Source: Bdellovibrionota bacterium
GTDB lineage: Bacteria; Bdellovibrionota_C; UBA2361; OMIW01
DNA: 21,474 nt
Assembly: GCA_044345055.1 (NCBI GenBank)
Contig: JBIJBT010000049.1
Coordinates: 1-21,474 of the forward strand
Direction: 5' to 3'
Shown here: positions 8,800-16,756 of the stretch, in pieces
How positions within the stretch are numbered: position 1 is the stretch's first letter
Layout of the letters: each line of letters begins with the position of its first letter
Notes under the pieces: generated by a model
Told to the model about the DNA's origin: nothing
Database searches by the model: none
The model's input: only the letters and a program-made list of their open reading frames with translations
Made by a program: the position numbers and the translations under genes

Positions 8800-8902
8800 A
8801 ATAGAAAGTTTCTTGATAGGCATAGGAAAAAGGAACGTTTTTACGGGTAATACTGATCGGGTAGAATTTTGGGGTTAGTTACACTCATTGGAGGCGGAAC
8901 CG

Positions 8903-9181
8903 ATGTTCAAAATAAGACCTCGCGGCAACTCCCAGCTCCAACGCACTTCCAATACCCAGCGCCCTAATGGCTCTTCGGGTGATTCTCAGCCTCCGCGAGA
9001 TCGATCAAACTCTGCAAACAACGCACATCAAAAAAAGACGACACTAGCCCACCCACCTGCGAGCGGCTCACCGATTGAGCGGCGATCTATTGGTGAATAC
9101 GATCGTCGAATGAGTAAATTTGAGAATCTGCAATACATCGCATTTTTTTCTTCTCTGTCGTTTCCCTCCGCTAAAGTTTAG
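8903..9181 (+). CDS. Small hypothetical protein, S/N/P/Q/R-rich and probably disordered (92 aa)
   Basis: GGAGG RBS before ATG 8903 and a TAGAAT -10-like element upstream. It fills an otherwise empty gap; no recognisable domain. Confidence 0.45.
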   Translation: MFKIRPRGNSQLQRTSNTQRPNGSSGDSQPPRDRSNSANNAHQKKTTLAHPPASGSPIERRSIGEYDRRMSKFENLQYIAFFSSLSFPSAKV

Positions 9182-9394
9182 CGATCTAATTGGTGTGACC
9201 CCCTTTTTTCAGACACCCACCTCTTATTTCATTTTGCCAACTCCAATAATCGGTGGTAAATGAAAAATCGATAACACACTACCTGTTAGGTAATTTTTTT
9301 AATATAACGGTAGCTGTTGCTTCGGATCGATTTTTTTCGATTTACATCGATCGATATTTGCTAATCTATTATTTGCCTTTTCTCCGGAGGCGCT

Positions 9395-10444
9395 GTGCTG
9401 TACTTAGATATTTCAAAAAAAACTCTCGCCGTCTACCTTCAGGACAATCTTAAAAGCTCGTACGGTAAAACTGGACTCGCGACACTGCGCTATTCAGCGC
9501 ATCCTATAGCGGTGGTGATCGATTCCGAATACGCTGGGCAATCGCTGCGGGCAATTACAGGGATCGAAAGAGATGTGCCGATAGTATCATCTCTTGATGA
9601 AGCGATTACTCTTGGCGCAGACACACTCCTTATTGGACTTGCAACAAGTGGCGGAGTTCTTGTTGGTAATCATAGGGAAATGGTCCATCGCGCCATTGCT
9701 TCAGGCCTCTCGATTATCAACGGATTACATGAGCGGCTCGAGCCTCAGTTCAGAGAGCTACGTTCAAACCAACACATTTTCGATATCCGTGTTCCTCCCG
9801 CAAATTGTCTCGGCATCGGATTTGGTCGAGCCCAAGCGTTGAAGAATCGCCGAATTCTCACCGTTGGTACCGACATGGCGATCGGGAAAATGTCAGCATG
9901 TCTTGAATTGCATGGAGTATGCCGCCGTCGTGGGATTAACTCCCAATTTTTTGCGACTGGTCAAACAGGAATTATTATTGAGGGTCAAGGGATACCGCTC
10001 GATGCAGTTCCGGTGGATTTTGCCGCTGGTGCTGTTGAGTACGGAGTCCTCACCCTTTCAGAGCAAAATTGCGATCTTCTATTTATTGAGGGACAGGGCA
10101 GTATGCTTAATCCGTCATCCACCGCGACTCTGCCCCTAATCCGCGGCTCACAACCAACTGACCTTATTCTCGTTCATCGCGCTGGACAAACTCACGTTAA
10201 GAACAATTCACAATTCCCAATTCCACCTCTAAAAGATGTTGCAGATTTTTATGAGTCGGTTAGTCGCGCCGCCGGAACTTTCCCGGGAGCACCCGTGCGA
10301 GCAATTGCACTCAACACAGTGGATCTTTCAACCGAGGATGCACACGCATATATTAAGCAGATTGAGAGGGAAACTTCGCTTCCTGCAGATGATGTTGTTC
10401 GGTTCGGCGGCGAAAAACTGCTCGCAGCTATTATTAACTGCTGA
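9395..10444 (+). CDS. DUF1611 family protein (DgcN-like, putative D-Glu N-acetyltransferase)
   Basis: GKTG...LRY, VGTDMAIGKM, ATGQTG, DFAAGAVE and IEGQGS motifs. GTG start with GGAGG RBS. Confidence 0.88.
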   Translation: MLYLDISKKTLAVYLQDNLKSSYGKTGLATLRYSAHPIAVVIDSEYAGQSLRAITGIERDVPIVSSLDEAITLGADTLLIGLATSGGVLVGNHREMVHRAIASGLSIINGLHERLEPQFRELRSNQHIFDIRVPPANCLGIGFGRAQALKNRRILTVGTDMAIGKMSACLELHGVCRRRGINSQFFATGQTGIIIEGQGIPLDAVPVDFAAGAVEYGVLTLSEQNCDLLFIEGQGSMLNPSSTATLPLIRGSQPTDLILVHRAGQTHVKNNSQFPIPPLKDVADFYESVSRAAGTFPGAPVRAIALNTVDLSTEDAHAYIKQIERETSLPADDVVRFGGEKLLAAIINC

Positions 10445-10477
10445 TGGTGAATAAAGAGCATTTTAAATCTAAAAGTT

Positions 10478-11536
10478 ATGCAGCTAAAAACCGTTCCAAT
10501 CACCCTAAAAAAGCGGTATCCACTCCGTATCAGCCGTGGCTTGATAACAGAGAATCAAAACCTCTTAGTCACCGTTTCAGATGGGAATTTTTGCGGTTAC
10601 GGCGAGATGGCTGCCGGAGGAGGAATTTATTCTGTTACACCCGAGGCTGGTGCCGCGGAGTTGGCGAATTTTGCGCCACGCCTTAATGACACGACACAAA
10701 GCGGCGACGCCCTGAATCTGTTCGAGCTTTGGGATGAGGGCTATCGTTTTTTGAGCCCGGCAGTCCTTGCAGCGCTCGATTGTGCGCTCTATGATCTTCA
10801 CGCAAAACGTGCGGGAATGCCATTATGGCGACTTCTTGGACTATCTCGAACTTTGCCTCCAACCTCAGTAACTATCGGTATTAATCCACCAGAGCTTCAA
10901 CGAGAGCGGGTTCCCGAGATACTTCATCGAACAGGTTCAACCCTACTCAAGATTAAACTTGGCTCACCTGATGGAATAGAAGCAGACAAAGAGGCCTTCA
11001 GTGCGATTGAGGAATCTCTTCCTACGCATCAAAGCTACACTCTGCGAGTTGATGCAAATGGTGGATGGAGCTTAACTGATGCTGAGTCGATGATCCGGTG
11101 GTTAGCAGAACGCTCGGTAGAGTTTGTTGAACAGCCACTTGCGATCGAACAAAACGATGCGCTCCCGCACCTCTTCAAACGCCGCGCACTTCCAATCCTT
11201 GTAGATGAATCGTGTCAAACAAGCCGTGACCTCCCAGCTCTTGCCAGCTGCATCGATGGTGTAGTGGTAAAGCTAATGAAAGCTGGCGGCATCACCGAGG
11301 CACTCCGCATCGTCGCAACCGCCCGCGCTCACCGCTTAAAGACGATGATAGGATGCATGGGTGAAAGCAGTATTGCGATCTCAGCAGGTGCAGCTATAGG
11401 GTCGCTCTTTGATTGGATTGACCTAGATTCTCACCTAAATCTTCTCACCGATCCCGCTCGAGGCGTTGCTTACGAAGCTGGCTATCTTAAGCTCAGCTTA
11501 AAGAATGGGCATGGAGCAGAGCCGATTGAGTTGTGA
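10478..11536 (+). CDS. Enolase-superfamily dipeptide epimerase / N-acyl amino acid racemase (L-Ala-D/L-Glu epimerase or DgcA-like)
   Basis: ISRG, KIKLG (KxK), metal ligands in VDANG, VEQP and VDES, VKLMK, GCMGES and DLD. Confidence 0.9.
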   Translation: MQLKTVPITLKKRYPLRISRGLITENQNLLVTVSDGNFCGYGEMAAGGGIYSVTPEAGAAELANFAPRLNDTTQSGDALNLFELWDEGYRFLSPAVLAALDCALYDLHAKRAGMPLWRLLGLSRTLPPTSVTIGINPPELQRERVPEILHRTGSTLLKIKLGSPDGIEADKEAFSAIEESLPTHQSYTLRVDANGGWSLTDAESMIRWLAERSVEFVEQPLAIEQNDALPHLFKRRALPILVDESCQTSRDLPALASCIDGVVVKLMKAGGITEALRIVATARAHRLKTMIGCMGESSIAISAGAAIGSLFDWIDLDSHLNLLTDPARGVAYEAGYLKLSLKNGHGAEPIEL

Positions 11537-11646
11537 TTAGGTAGAGTTTAGTAATGGTGATATTAAACTGGTCTAATGGCCCAATTCATAAGTTTCCAAT
11601 TTCGCGTGTTGGACTATGCGGCCATTCATCGTCGAAATCCGAAATT

Positions 11647-11664
11647 CTAGCAGGGTGTTGAAAA
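11647..11664 (+). repeat. Lone terminal half-copy of the dispersed MITE-like repeat
   Basis: CTAG-CAGGGTGTTGAAAA, one mismatch from 13517-13534 and similar to 15902-15919. Confidence 0.6.
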
Positions 11665-11711
11665 TAGGTGAGAAAAAAACATTTCGAGCCCACGACAAAA
11701 TCCTTATCGAC

Positions 11712-11740
11712 AATCAGAAAAAAGCGTTAAAATTCTGATT
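11712..11740 (+). promoter_or_regulatory. Operator-like palindrome overlapping a -10 element; probably leaderless ATPase transcript
   Basis: AATCAGAA-N13-TTCTGATT ends immediately before ATG 11741. TAAAAT at 11728-11733; no SD sequence. Confidence 0.5.
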
Positions 11741-12937
11741 ATGATTCAGAGAAAATGTAAACTATCGCAAATAAACAGCTTTTTTCTTTTTGGACCGCGT
11801 GGTGTCGGCAAAACAACGCTGCTCGAGGATATTTTTTCGGAGGTCGACTCCCTGTTTATCGACCTGCTTGATCCAGAGATTTTTGCGGAATTAGTGCTCG
11901 ATTCCTCCCGTTTTACCGCAATGATCGATTCGCCGGAAAATCGGGGGAAGCGGGTCATTATTGAAGGGGTGCAAAAAATACCTTCGTTACTCGATATTGT
12001 TCATTCTCAGATTCAACGGCGGAAACGTCAGTTTGTACTTACTGGATCAAGCAGTCGGAGGCTAAAACAAAAAGGGACTAATCTTCTCGCGGGACGAGCG
12101 TGGGTATATCACCTTTATCCGTTTTGCTCCGCAGAGCTTGGAGAGCGATTTGATCTGAGGCGAGCACTTGAATGGGGCGCACTCCCTGATGCCTACCTTG
12201 CACTCGACGATCTTTCAGCTCGTGAATATCTAAACGCATACGTTGGCACCTATTTACAAAAAGAGATTCAGGAGGAGCGTTGGGTGAGAAATATCGCACC
12301 CTTTCGAAAGTTCCTCGCTGTTGCAGCTCAAATGAATGGGAGAATAGTAAATAAGACGGCGATCGCTCGAGATATCGGTGTCGATGATGTCACGATAGCG
12401 AATTGCTTTGAGATACTAGAAGATACTCTGCTCGGGTTTTTTCTTCCCGCATTTCACACCTCGGTTCGCAAGGCCCAACGGCAAGCCCCGAAATTCTACC
12501 TTATCGATCCGGGTATTAAACGAGCTCTCGATCGTACCCTTTCCGTCTCCCTCGAACCCCACACGAACTCGTGGGGAGATGCTTTTGAACACTGGGTAAT
12601 TTTAGAATTTCGAAAACATATAACCTACGCAAGGCTCGATTGGGATATCTCTTACATACGAACCAAGGAAGATGTTGAGATTGATCTTGTTATCGATCGG
12701 CCGGGAGAGAAGAGGCTTCTTATCGAAATCAAGTCAAAGGATCGAGTGAGTGAAAGAGATGCAAAGGCCCTCGAAACTCTAGGCGCATCGATAGATAAAG
12801 ATGCAGATCGGTGGTTGTTATCAAACGATCCAGTCGAGCAAATGTTTGGCGGAACCAGAGCAGTCCCTTGGAGTCGGGCGATCTGTGATCTTTTTGGGGA
12901 GTCGGGAAACATCGGAGCCTCTGAGGCTGAGATTTGA
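11741..12937 (+). CDS. AAA_14 + DUF4143 ATP-binding protein with C-terminal PD-(D/E)XK-like domain
   Basis: Walker A GPRGVGKT, LTGSS, LAGRA, PKFYLIDPG, AFEHWV and EIDLVI...IEIKS. Walker B is aberrant (IIEGVQ). Confidence 0.9.
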   Translation: MIQRKCKLSQINSFFLFGPRGVGKTTLLEDIFSEVDSLFIDLLDPEIFAELVLDSSRFTAMIDSPENRGKRVIIEGVQKIPSLLDIVHSQIQRRKRQFVLTGSSSRRLKQKGTNLLAGRAWVYHLYPFCSAELGERFDLRRALEWGALPDAYLALDDLSAREYLNAYVGTYLQKEIQEERWVRNIAPFRKFLAVAAQMNGRIVNKTAIARDIGVDDVTIANCFEILEDTLLGFFLPAFHTSVRKAQRQAPKFYLIDPGIKRALDRTLSVSLEPHTNSWGDAFEHWVILEFRKHITYARLDWDISYIRTKEDVEIDLVIDRPGEKRLLIEIKSKDRVSERDAKALETLGASIDKDADRWLLSNDPVEQMFGGTRAVPWSRAICDLFGESGNIGASEAEI

Positions 12938-12955
12938 GGGAGCGTTAAACTGAAA

Positions 12956-12983
12956 TTGACGCATCCTTCGGAGAAGGTATAGT
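12956..12983 (+). promoter_or_regulatory. sigma70-type promoter of the lipoprotein gene
   Basis: TTGACG-N16-TATAGT; the spacer contains the palindrome CCTTC-GGA-GAAGG. Confidence 0.6.
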
Positions 12984-13019
12984 GCTACCGCCTATCGTTT
13001 TTTCTTAAGAGGTCTGTCA

Positions 13020-13406
13020 ATGTCTCGGATATTCGGTAAATCACTCTTTATTTTCACTCTTTTAGTTTCTGGTTGTTCGACTATCATTCACGGTACAACC
13101 GATACCGTAACCTTTAACTCCACAGAGGAAGGTACGGTTTTATACCTTAACGGAATTCCACGTGGTAAAGATGCAGCTACTTTACAGCTTGTTCGGGGAG
13201 AGGACTACGTAGTGCGGGCCTCAAAAAAAGGTTGCAAGGACACAGTTTCTCCAGTAAGCAACACTTTCGATGCGACCAGTCTTTTGGGGATTTTGATCGA
13301 TTTTGGGTTGATATCAATTCCCGTTGATCTCATCTCAGGGGCAGCGTGGAAATTTAATCCCAAGATGTATACGGTAACTCCAATTTGCGAGTCTTCGGTC
13401 GGGTAA
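13020..13406 (+). CDS. Small lipoprotein, PEGA-like domain
   Basis: Lipobox VSG-C followed by STIIHGT..V.FNS..EG, a beta-rich core and a hydrophobic C-terminal segment (LLGILIDFGLISIPVDLISGAAW). Confidence 0.75.
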   Translation: MSRIFGKSLFIFTLLVSGCSTIIHGTTDTVTFNSTEEGTVLYLNGIPRGKDAATLQLVRGEDYVVRASKKGCKDTVSPVSNTFDATSLLGILIDFGLISIPVDLISGAAWKFNPKMYTVTPICESSVG

Positions 13407-13516
13407 ACGCGAGTTGCAGAAAAAAAGAACTAGCGGTTGAGAAACATACGCAGGCTAAAATAAAAAATCGAAGATATAGGGAATACATCTATCAATCTGC
13501 CGATTTATCGTCTTGC

Positions 13517-13571
13517 CTAGCAGGGTGGTGAAAAATGGTTCCGTCGTGAGCACTTTTCACCATCCCCCTAG
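13517..13571. repeat. MITE/REP-like palindromic element flanked by CTAG
   Basis: CTAG|CAGGGTGGTGAAAAATG-N13-CACTTTTCACCATCCCC|CTAG, between convergent genes. Confidence 0.75.
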
Positions 13572-13602
13572 CTCAACACTCCCCCCCCACAAACCACATC
13601 CC

Positions 13603-14649
13603 CTACGGATACACCCCCTCTCGCGGCAACCCCGCTACCTCTTCCAAGCCCAACATCAGATTAGCATTCTGAATCGCTGAACCTGCAGCGCCTTTTACTA
13701 GATTGTCTATTACTCCAATCGCCGTTACGAGTCCTGTTCGGGGATCGTAGTTGGCAAATATCTCGGCGCGATGAGCTCCTCGTACGTGCTTTGTTTCGGG
13801 GGGTTTTTCTCGGACTATCACGAATGGTTCATCGCGGTAGGCATCATTAAGGGCATCGCGCACTGATTTCTCGGAGGCAGCGGGGGTTGCGGGGGCAGTT
13901 ACTATTACCTGTAATCCCCGCGACATTGGGGCGAGCACGGTCGATAACGAAGCGGGCCCCTGCCAGAGTCCTGCTGAGATATCGGTGAGACACTGCTCAA
14001 TTTCTCCGCCGTGTTGGTGCGAACCTACCCGATAGGTGACGATATCCTCGTGCAGATGGCTAAAGTGAAGACGGGCATTTAGCCCCTTGCCTGCTCCGGA
14101 GCTCCCCGAAATTCCAATCCCACTGAGGGGCGCCTCAACTAATCCGGCCCGCACTAATGGGGTAATCGCCAAAAGAAAGGCGGTGGCAAAGCAACCTGCA
14201 TTCGCCACCCGAGACGCTCCGCGAGCCCTCTCGCGATGCCACTCAGGGATACTATATATCCAGCGATCTAGCTCTTCTGGACACGGGTGAGAGGCTCCGT
14301 ACCACTGTTGATATCCGTGAGGGTCGCGCAACCGAAAATCACTCGCAAGATCCACAATTCGGGGAATCGCAGCAAAGGTCGCCGACTCTTCAGCGAGTGA
14401 TGTTCCAAGCTGCCCGTGGGGGAGTGCGCTGAAAACGAGGTCACACGCAGAAAGCTCGTCTCGGGATTCAGCGAACGATCGAATAACAAGCTCCCCCGCC
14501 GGACCAAGGGAGGGGAAGAGATCGCTCACCTGCACCCCAACCTCCGAGCGCCCGACCACCACCTGAGGCACCATCACTGGATGGCCGCGCAATAATCGCA
14601 AAAGCTCGCAGCCGGTGTAGCCAGCAGCTCCAAGAATACCTATATTCAT
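13603..14649 (-). CDS. argC: N-acetyl-gamma-glutamyl-phosphate reductase (ArgC; LysY-type activity not excluded)
   Basis: GAAGYTG, DLASDFR, NAGCFAT (catalytic Cys), SGSSGAG, HQH and DNLVKGAAG. ATG 14649 follows AGGAG. Confidence 0.92.
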   Translation of the reverse strand: MNIGILGAAGYTGCELLRLLRGHPVMVPQVVVGRSEVGVQVSDLFPSLGPAGELVIRSFAESRDELSACDLVFSALPHGQLGTSLAEESATFAAIPRIVDLASDFRLRDPHGYQQWYGASHPCPEELDRWIYSIPEWHRERARGASRVANAGCFATAFLLAITPLVRAGLVEAPLSGIGISGSSGAGKGLNARLHFSHLHEDIVTYRVGSHQHGGEIEQCLTDISAGLWQGPASLSTVLAPMSRGLQVIVTAPATPAASEKSVRDALNDAYRDEPFVIVREKPPETKHVRGAHRAEIFANYDPRTGLVTAIGVIDNLVKGAAGSAIQNANLMLGLEEVAGLPREGVYP

Positions 14650-14790
14650 ACAGTCCACTCCTAATCGGCGGAGTTCGCCCCCCCCGTTATGCCAAAGCGA
14701 TGAAACCTCACGATTCTAGCATAACCTTTGGGGCTTATGGGAACGAAATCCCTGGAGCGTCGGTCAACCAGAGAACCGGTATTGTTTGTC

Positions 14791-15897
14791 ATGCCTACGG
14801 TCGAAAAATCAACCAATACTGAGACCAGCACTCCTGACGGGCTAAACCCAGGTAAAGGTGGCGTCGCATTTTCCGCACATGCTGAGGTAGGTTCACGCAC
14901 AGACTTACAAAACTCCTCGCCAAATAGAGCGATGCCAAAGGGAGCGTCTCCTGATTCCCAAAGGCCCTCGGGTGAAAAAACAGATCAAACCAAAGGCTCT
15001 CAGCCAGAGGGAAGCCTTCAGTCGAAGGTCCAGGACCTGATGACTAAGTATCTGAACGGGGCGATCTCGCAGGGCGAGCTGGTGCGTCAGCTCAAGATGG
15101 TCAACAACGTCCTTGCTCACAACATGGTTAAGGAGGCAAAACAGGCGCTCGGTGGTAGCGCGGCGCTTGCTACCTCGCCTGAGCATCAATCGCAGCTCCC
15201 GCAGAGCCGTTCGCTGCTTGATGATAGTGCCACCAACGTGAAGGCTGCTGGAATTGAGGAGACAGGCCCGCCCCCACCAGAAAACGACGAATCTGCTTAC
15301 GGCTCCTTCGGTCAGGATGGTGTGCTCTCTACCGAACACGAAAAACAGAAGGACGAACAGCAACAGCAGCAGCAGGAATCTGACCAACAGATGCTCGATG
15401 GGGTCATCGCTGATCGAGAGGTGAACGAGCAGGTTCAGGTACAACGGATTAATCAGGTCGTCGAACAGAACGCCCGAGCCGCTCAGGACAAGCAGCGGCA
15501 GATGCAGGAACAGCAAAAAGAGCAAGATGCACAAACAAAAGATGTAGCTGGACAGCGAGGCCAGATCGGGGAGTTTATGAGAACGGCCTCAAAGGCGAGC
15601 GCGCAAAAGCAAAAGTACCTTCAGCGCTCCAAGTCGCGGGCATCGGTTGGGAATATTCCACGCATCGACACCGAGCTAAGCAACGGAAATCAGCCAAAGG
15701 GCCAATCTCTCCTTCAGGGCACACGAGATTCGAGCAAAGGACAGGGTGAAATTGAAGAGGAGTTGGTAGAGGTAGAGGTAGAGGTAGAGGCGGATTTGGT
15801 GGTTGAGGAAGAGGCAGAGAAATTGGTCGAGGAGCCCGCTGCCGAAGAGCAGTCCCTTCCGGAGTGGTTTAAGCCTATCGATGATGTGAAGTGGTAA
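14791..15897 (+). CDS. Hypothetical low-complexity protein (S/T/P-rich N-terminus, Q-rich coiled coil, acidic tail)
   Basis: Long open frame filling the argC-fliA gap with coherent composition. Start uncertain (14728, 14737 or 14791). Confidence 0.7.
   Translation: MPTVEKSTNTETSTPDGLNPGKGGVAFSAHAEVGSRTDLQNSSPNRAMPKGASPDSQRPSGEKTDQTKGSQPEGSLQSKVQDLMTKYLNGAISQGELVRQLKMVNNVLAHNMVKEAKQALGGSAALATSPEHQSQLPQSRSLLDDSATNVKAAGIEETGPPPPENDESAYGSFGQDGVLSTEHEKQKDEQQQQQQESDQQMLDGVIADREVNEQVQVQRINQVVEQNARAAQDKQRQMQEQQKEQDAQTKDVAGQRGQIGEFMRTASKASAQKQKYLQRSKSRASVGNIPRIDTELSNGNQPKGQSLLQGTRDSSKGQGEIEEELVEVEVEVEADLVVEEEAEKLVEEPAAEEQSLPEWFKPIDDVKW
15766..15789 (+). repeat. In-frame hexanucleotide microsatellite (GTAGAG)x4 encoding VEVEVEVE
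   Basis: Four perfect tandem units read directly from the sequence. Confidence 0.8.
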
Positions 15898-15977
15898 TGG
15901 CCCAGCAAGGTGTTGAAAAATGATCGCTACCGAACCATTTTTCAACATCTTCCTTCACATACTGCGACAGGGCCATT
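15896..15977. repeat. Second full copy of the MITE/REP-like element, nested in an outer inverted repeat
   Basis: AAGGTGTTGAAAAATG-N13-CATTTTTCAACATCTT (15907-15951) inside AATGGCCC (15896-15903) ... GGGCCATT (15970-15977). Confidence 0.7.
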
Positions 15978-15991
15978 GGAATCTATCCCTC

Positions 15992-16756
15992 TCATCTTGC
16001 TGTTCGCAGAATATTCTTTAATCGAATAAGTGCGCGCGACCGAATCTGAGAGGCTCGGGATTCAGTGACCCCGATAATCTCACCAATCTCTTTTAGATTT
16101 AGCTCTTCGTAGAAATATAAGGAAATAACGAGCCTCTCCTTCTCAGGGAGTCTGTCGAGGGCTCGTGCGACTATCTCGACCTTTTCGCCCCCTAGCAACC
16201 GACTTAAAGGATCTCTCATTCGACTTGGCATTACCTCGTCGGCCTGAAAGCGATCTTCGCCGTGCCCGAAACCAAGCTCCTCGAAGCTTAGCATCACGAT
16301 ACTACCCACCTCTCCCAAAAGCCGCTGCAATTCATCGAGCTGAATTCCGAGCTCCCCCGCCACTTCTTCATCGGTTGCGGGACGCCCAAGTCGCTGTTCA
16401 ATCCGGTGGTACGCCGACTCAACCTTGTGCGCTTTGTAGCGAAGCGTTCTCGGTAGCCAATCCTGCGAGCGAAAACTATCGATAATCGCCCCTCTGATCC
16501 GAAATTGCGCATATGTCGCAAAATTCGTCTCCTGTGATGGATCAAATTTTTCAAGCGCATCGACGAGCCCAATGATACCCGAGTTGAGCATCTCCTTCAC
16601 ATCGACCTCGCGCGGAAGCCGACCGGAAAGACGATGGACGACCCGTTTAACGAGTGGGAGATAACTCCGAATGACATCCTCTCGCTCATACTCACTCACG
16701 GAGCGGTATGCCTCGACGGCAGAGGACTTGGCTTTAGCTGCCTTGAATTTCTTCAT
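15992..16756 (-). CDS. fliA: Flagellar sigma factor sigma28 (FliA/WhiG)
   Basis: YLPLVK, GLVDALEKFD, FATYAQFRIRGAIID, DWLPR and LYFYEELNLKEIG..VTESRASQI. Confidence 0.95.
   Translation of the reverse strand: MKKFKAAKAKSSAVEAYRSVSEYEREDVIRSYLPLVKRVVHRLSGRLPREVDVKEMLNSGIIGLVDALEKFDPSQETNFATYAQFRIRGAIIDSFRSQDWLPRTLRYKAHKVESAYHRIEQRLGRPATDEEVAGELGIQLDELQRLLGEVGSIVMLSFEELGFGHGEDRFQADEVMPSRMRDPLSRLLGGEKVEIVARALDRLPEKERLVISLYFYEELNLKEIGEIIGVTESRASQIRSRALIRLKNILRTAR

Noticed and set aside
13581..14685. C8 tracts on both sides of argC (13581-13588 and 14678-14685)
   Set aside because: Both are short and non-coding; there is no evidence for phase variation or target duplication.
14740..14768. GGAAC...GTCAA ECF-like promoter before the orphan gene
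   Set aside because: Spacing and match are marginal and the gene start is uncertain.
14905..15534. 209-aa Leu-rich minus-strand ORF
   Set aside because: Antisense by-product of the Q/E-rich codons of the plus-strand gene.
11574..15977. Repeats considered as a CRISPR array or integron attC sites
   Set aside because: They are dispersed rather than regularly spaced, there are no cas or integrase genes, and attC-type RYYYAAC/GTTRRRY ends are absent.
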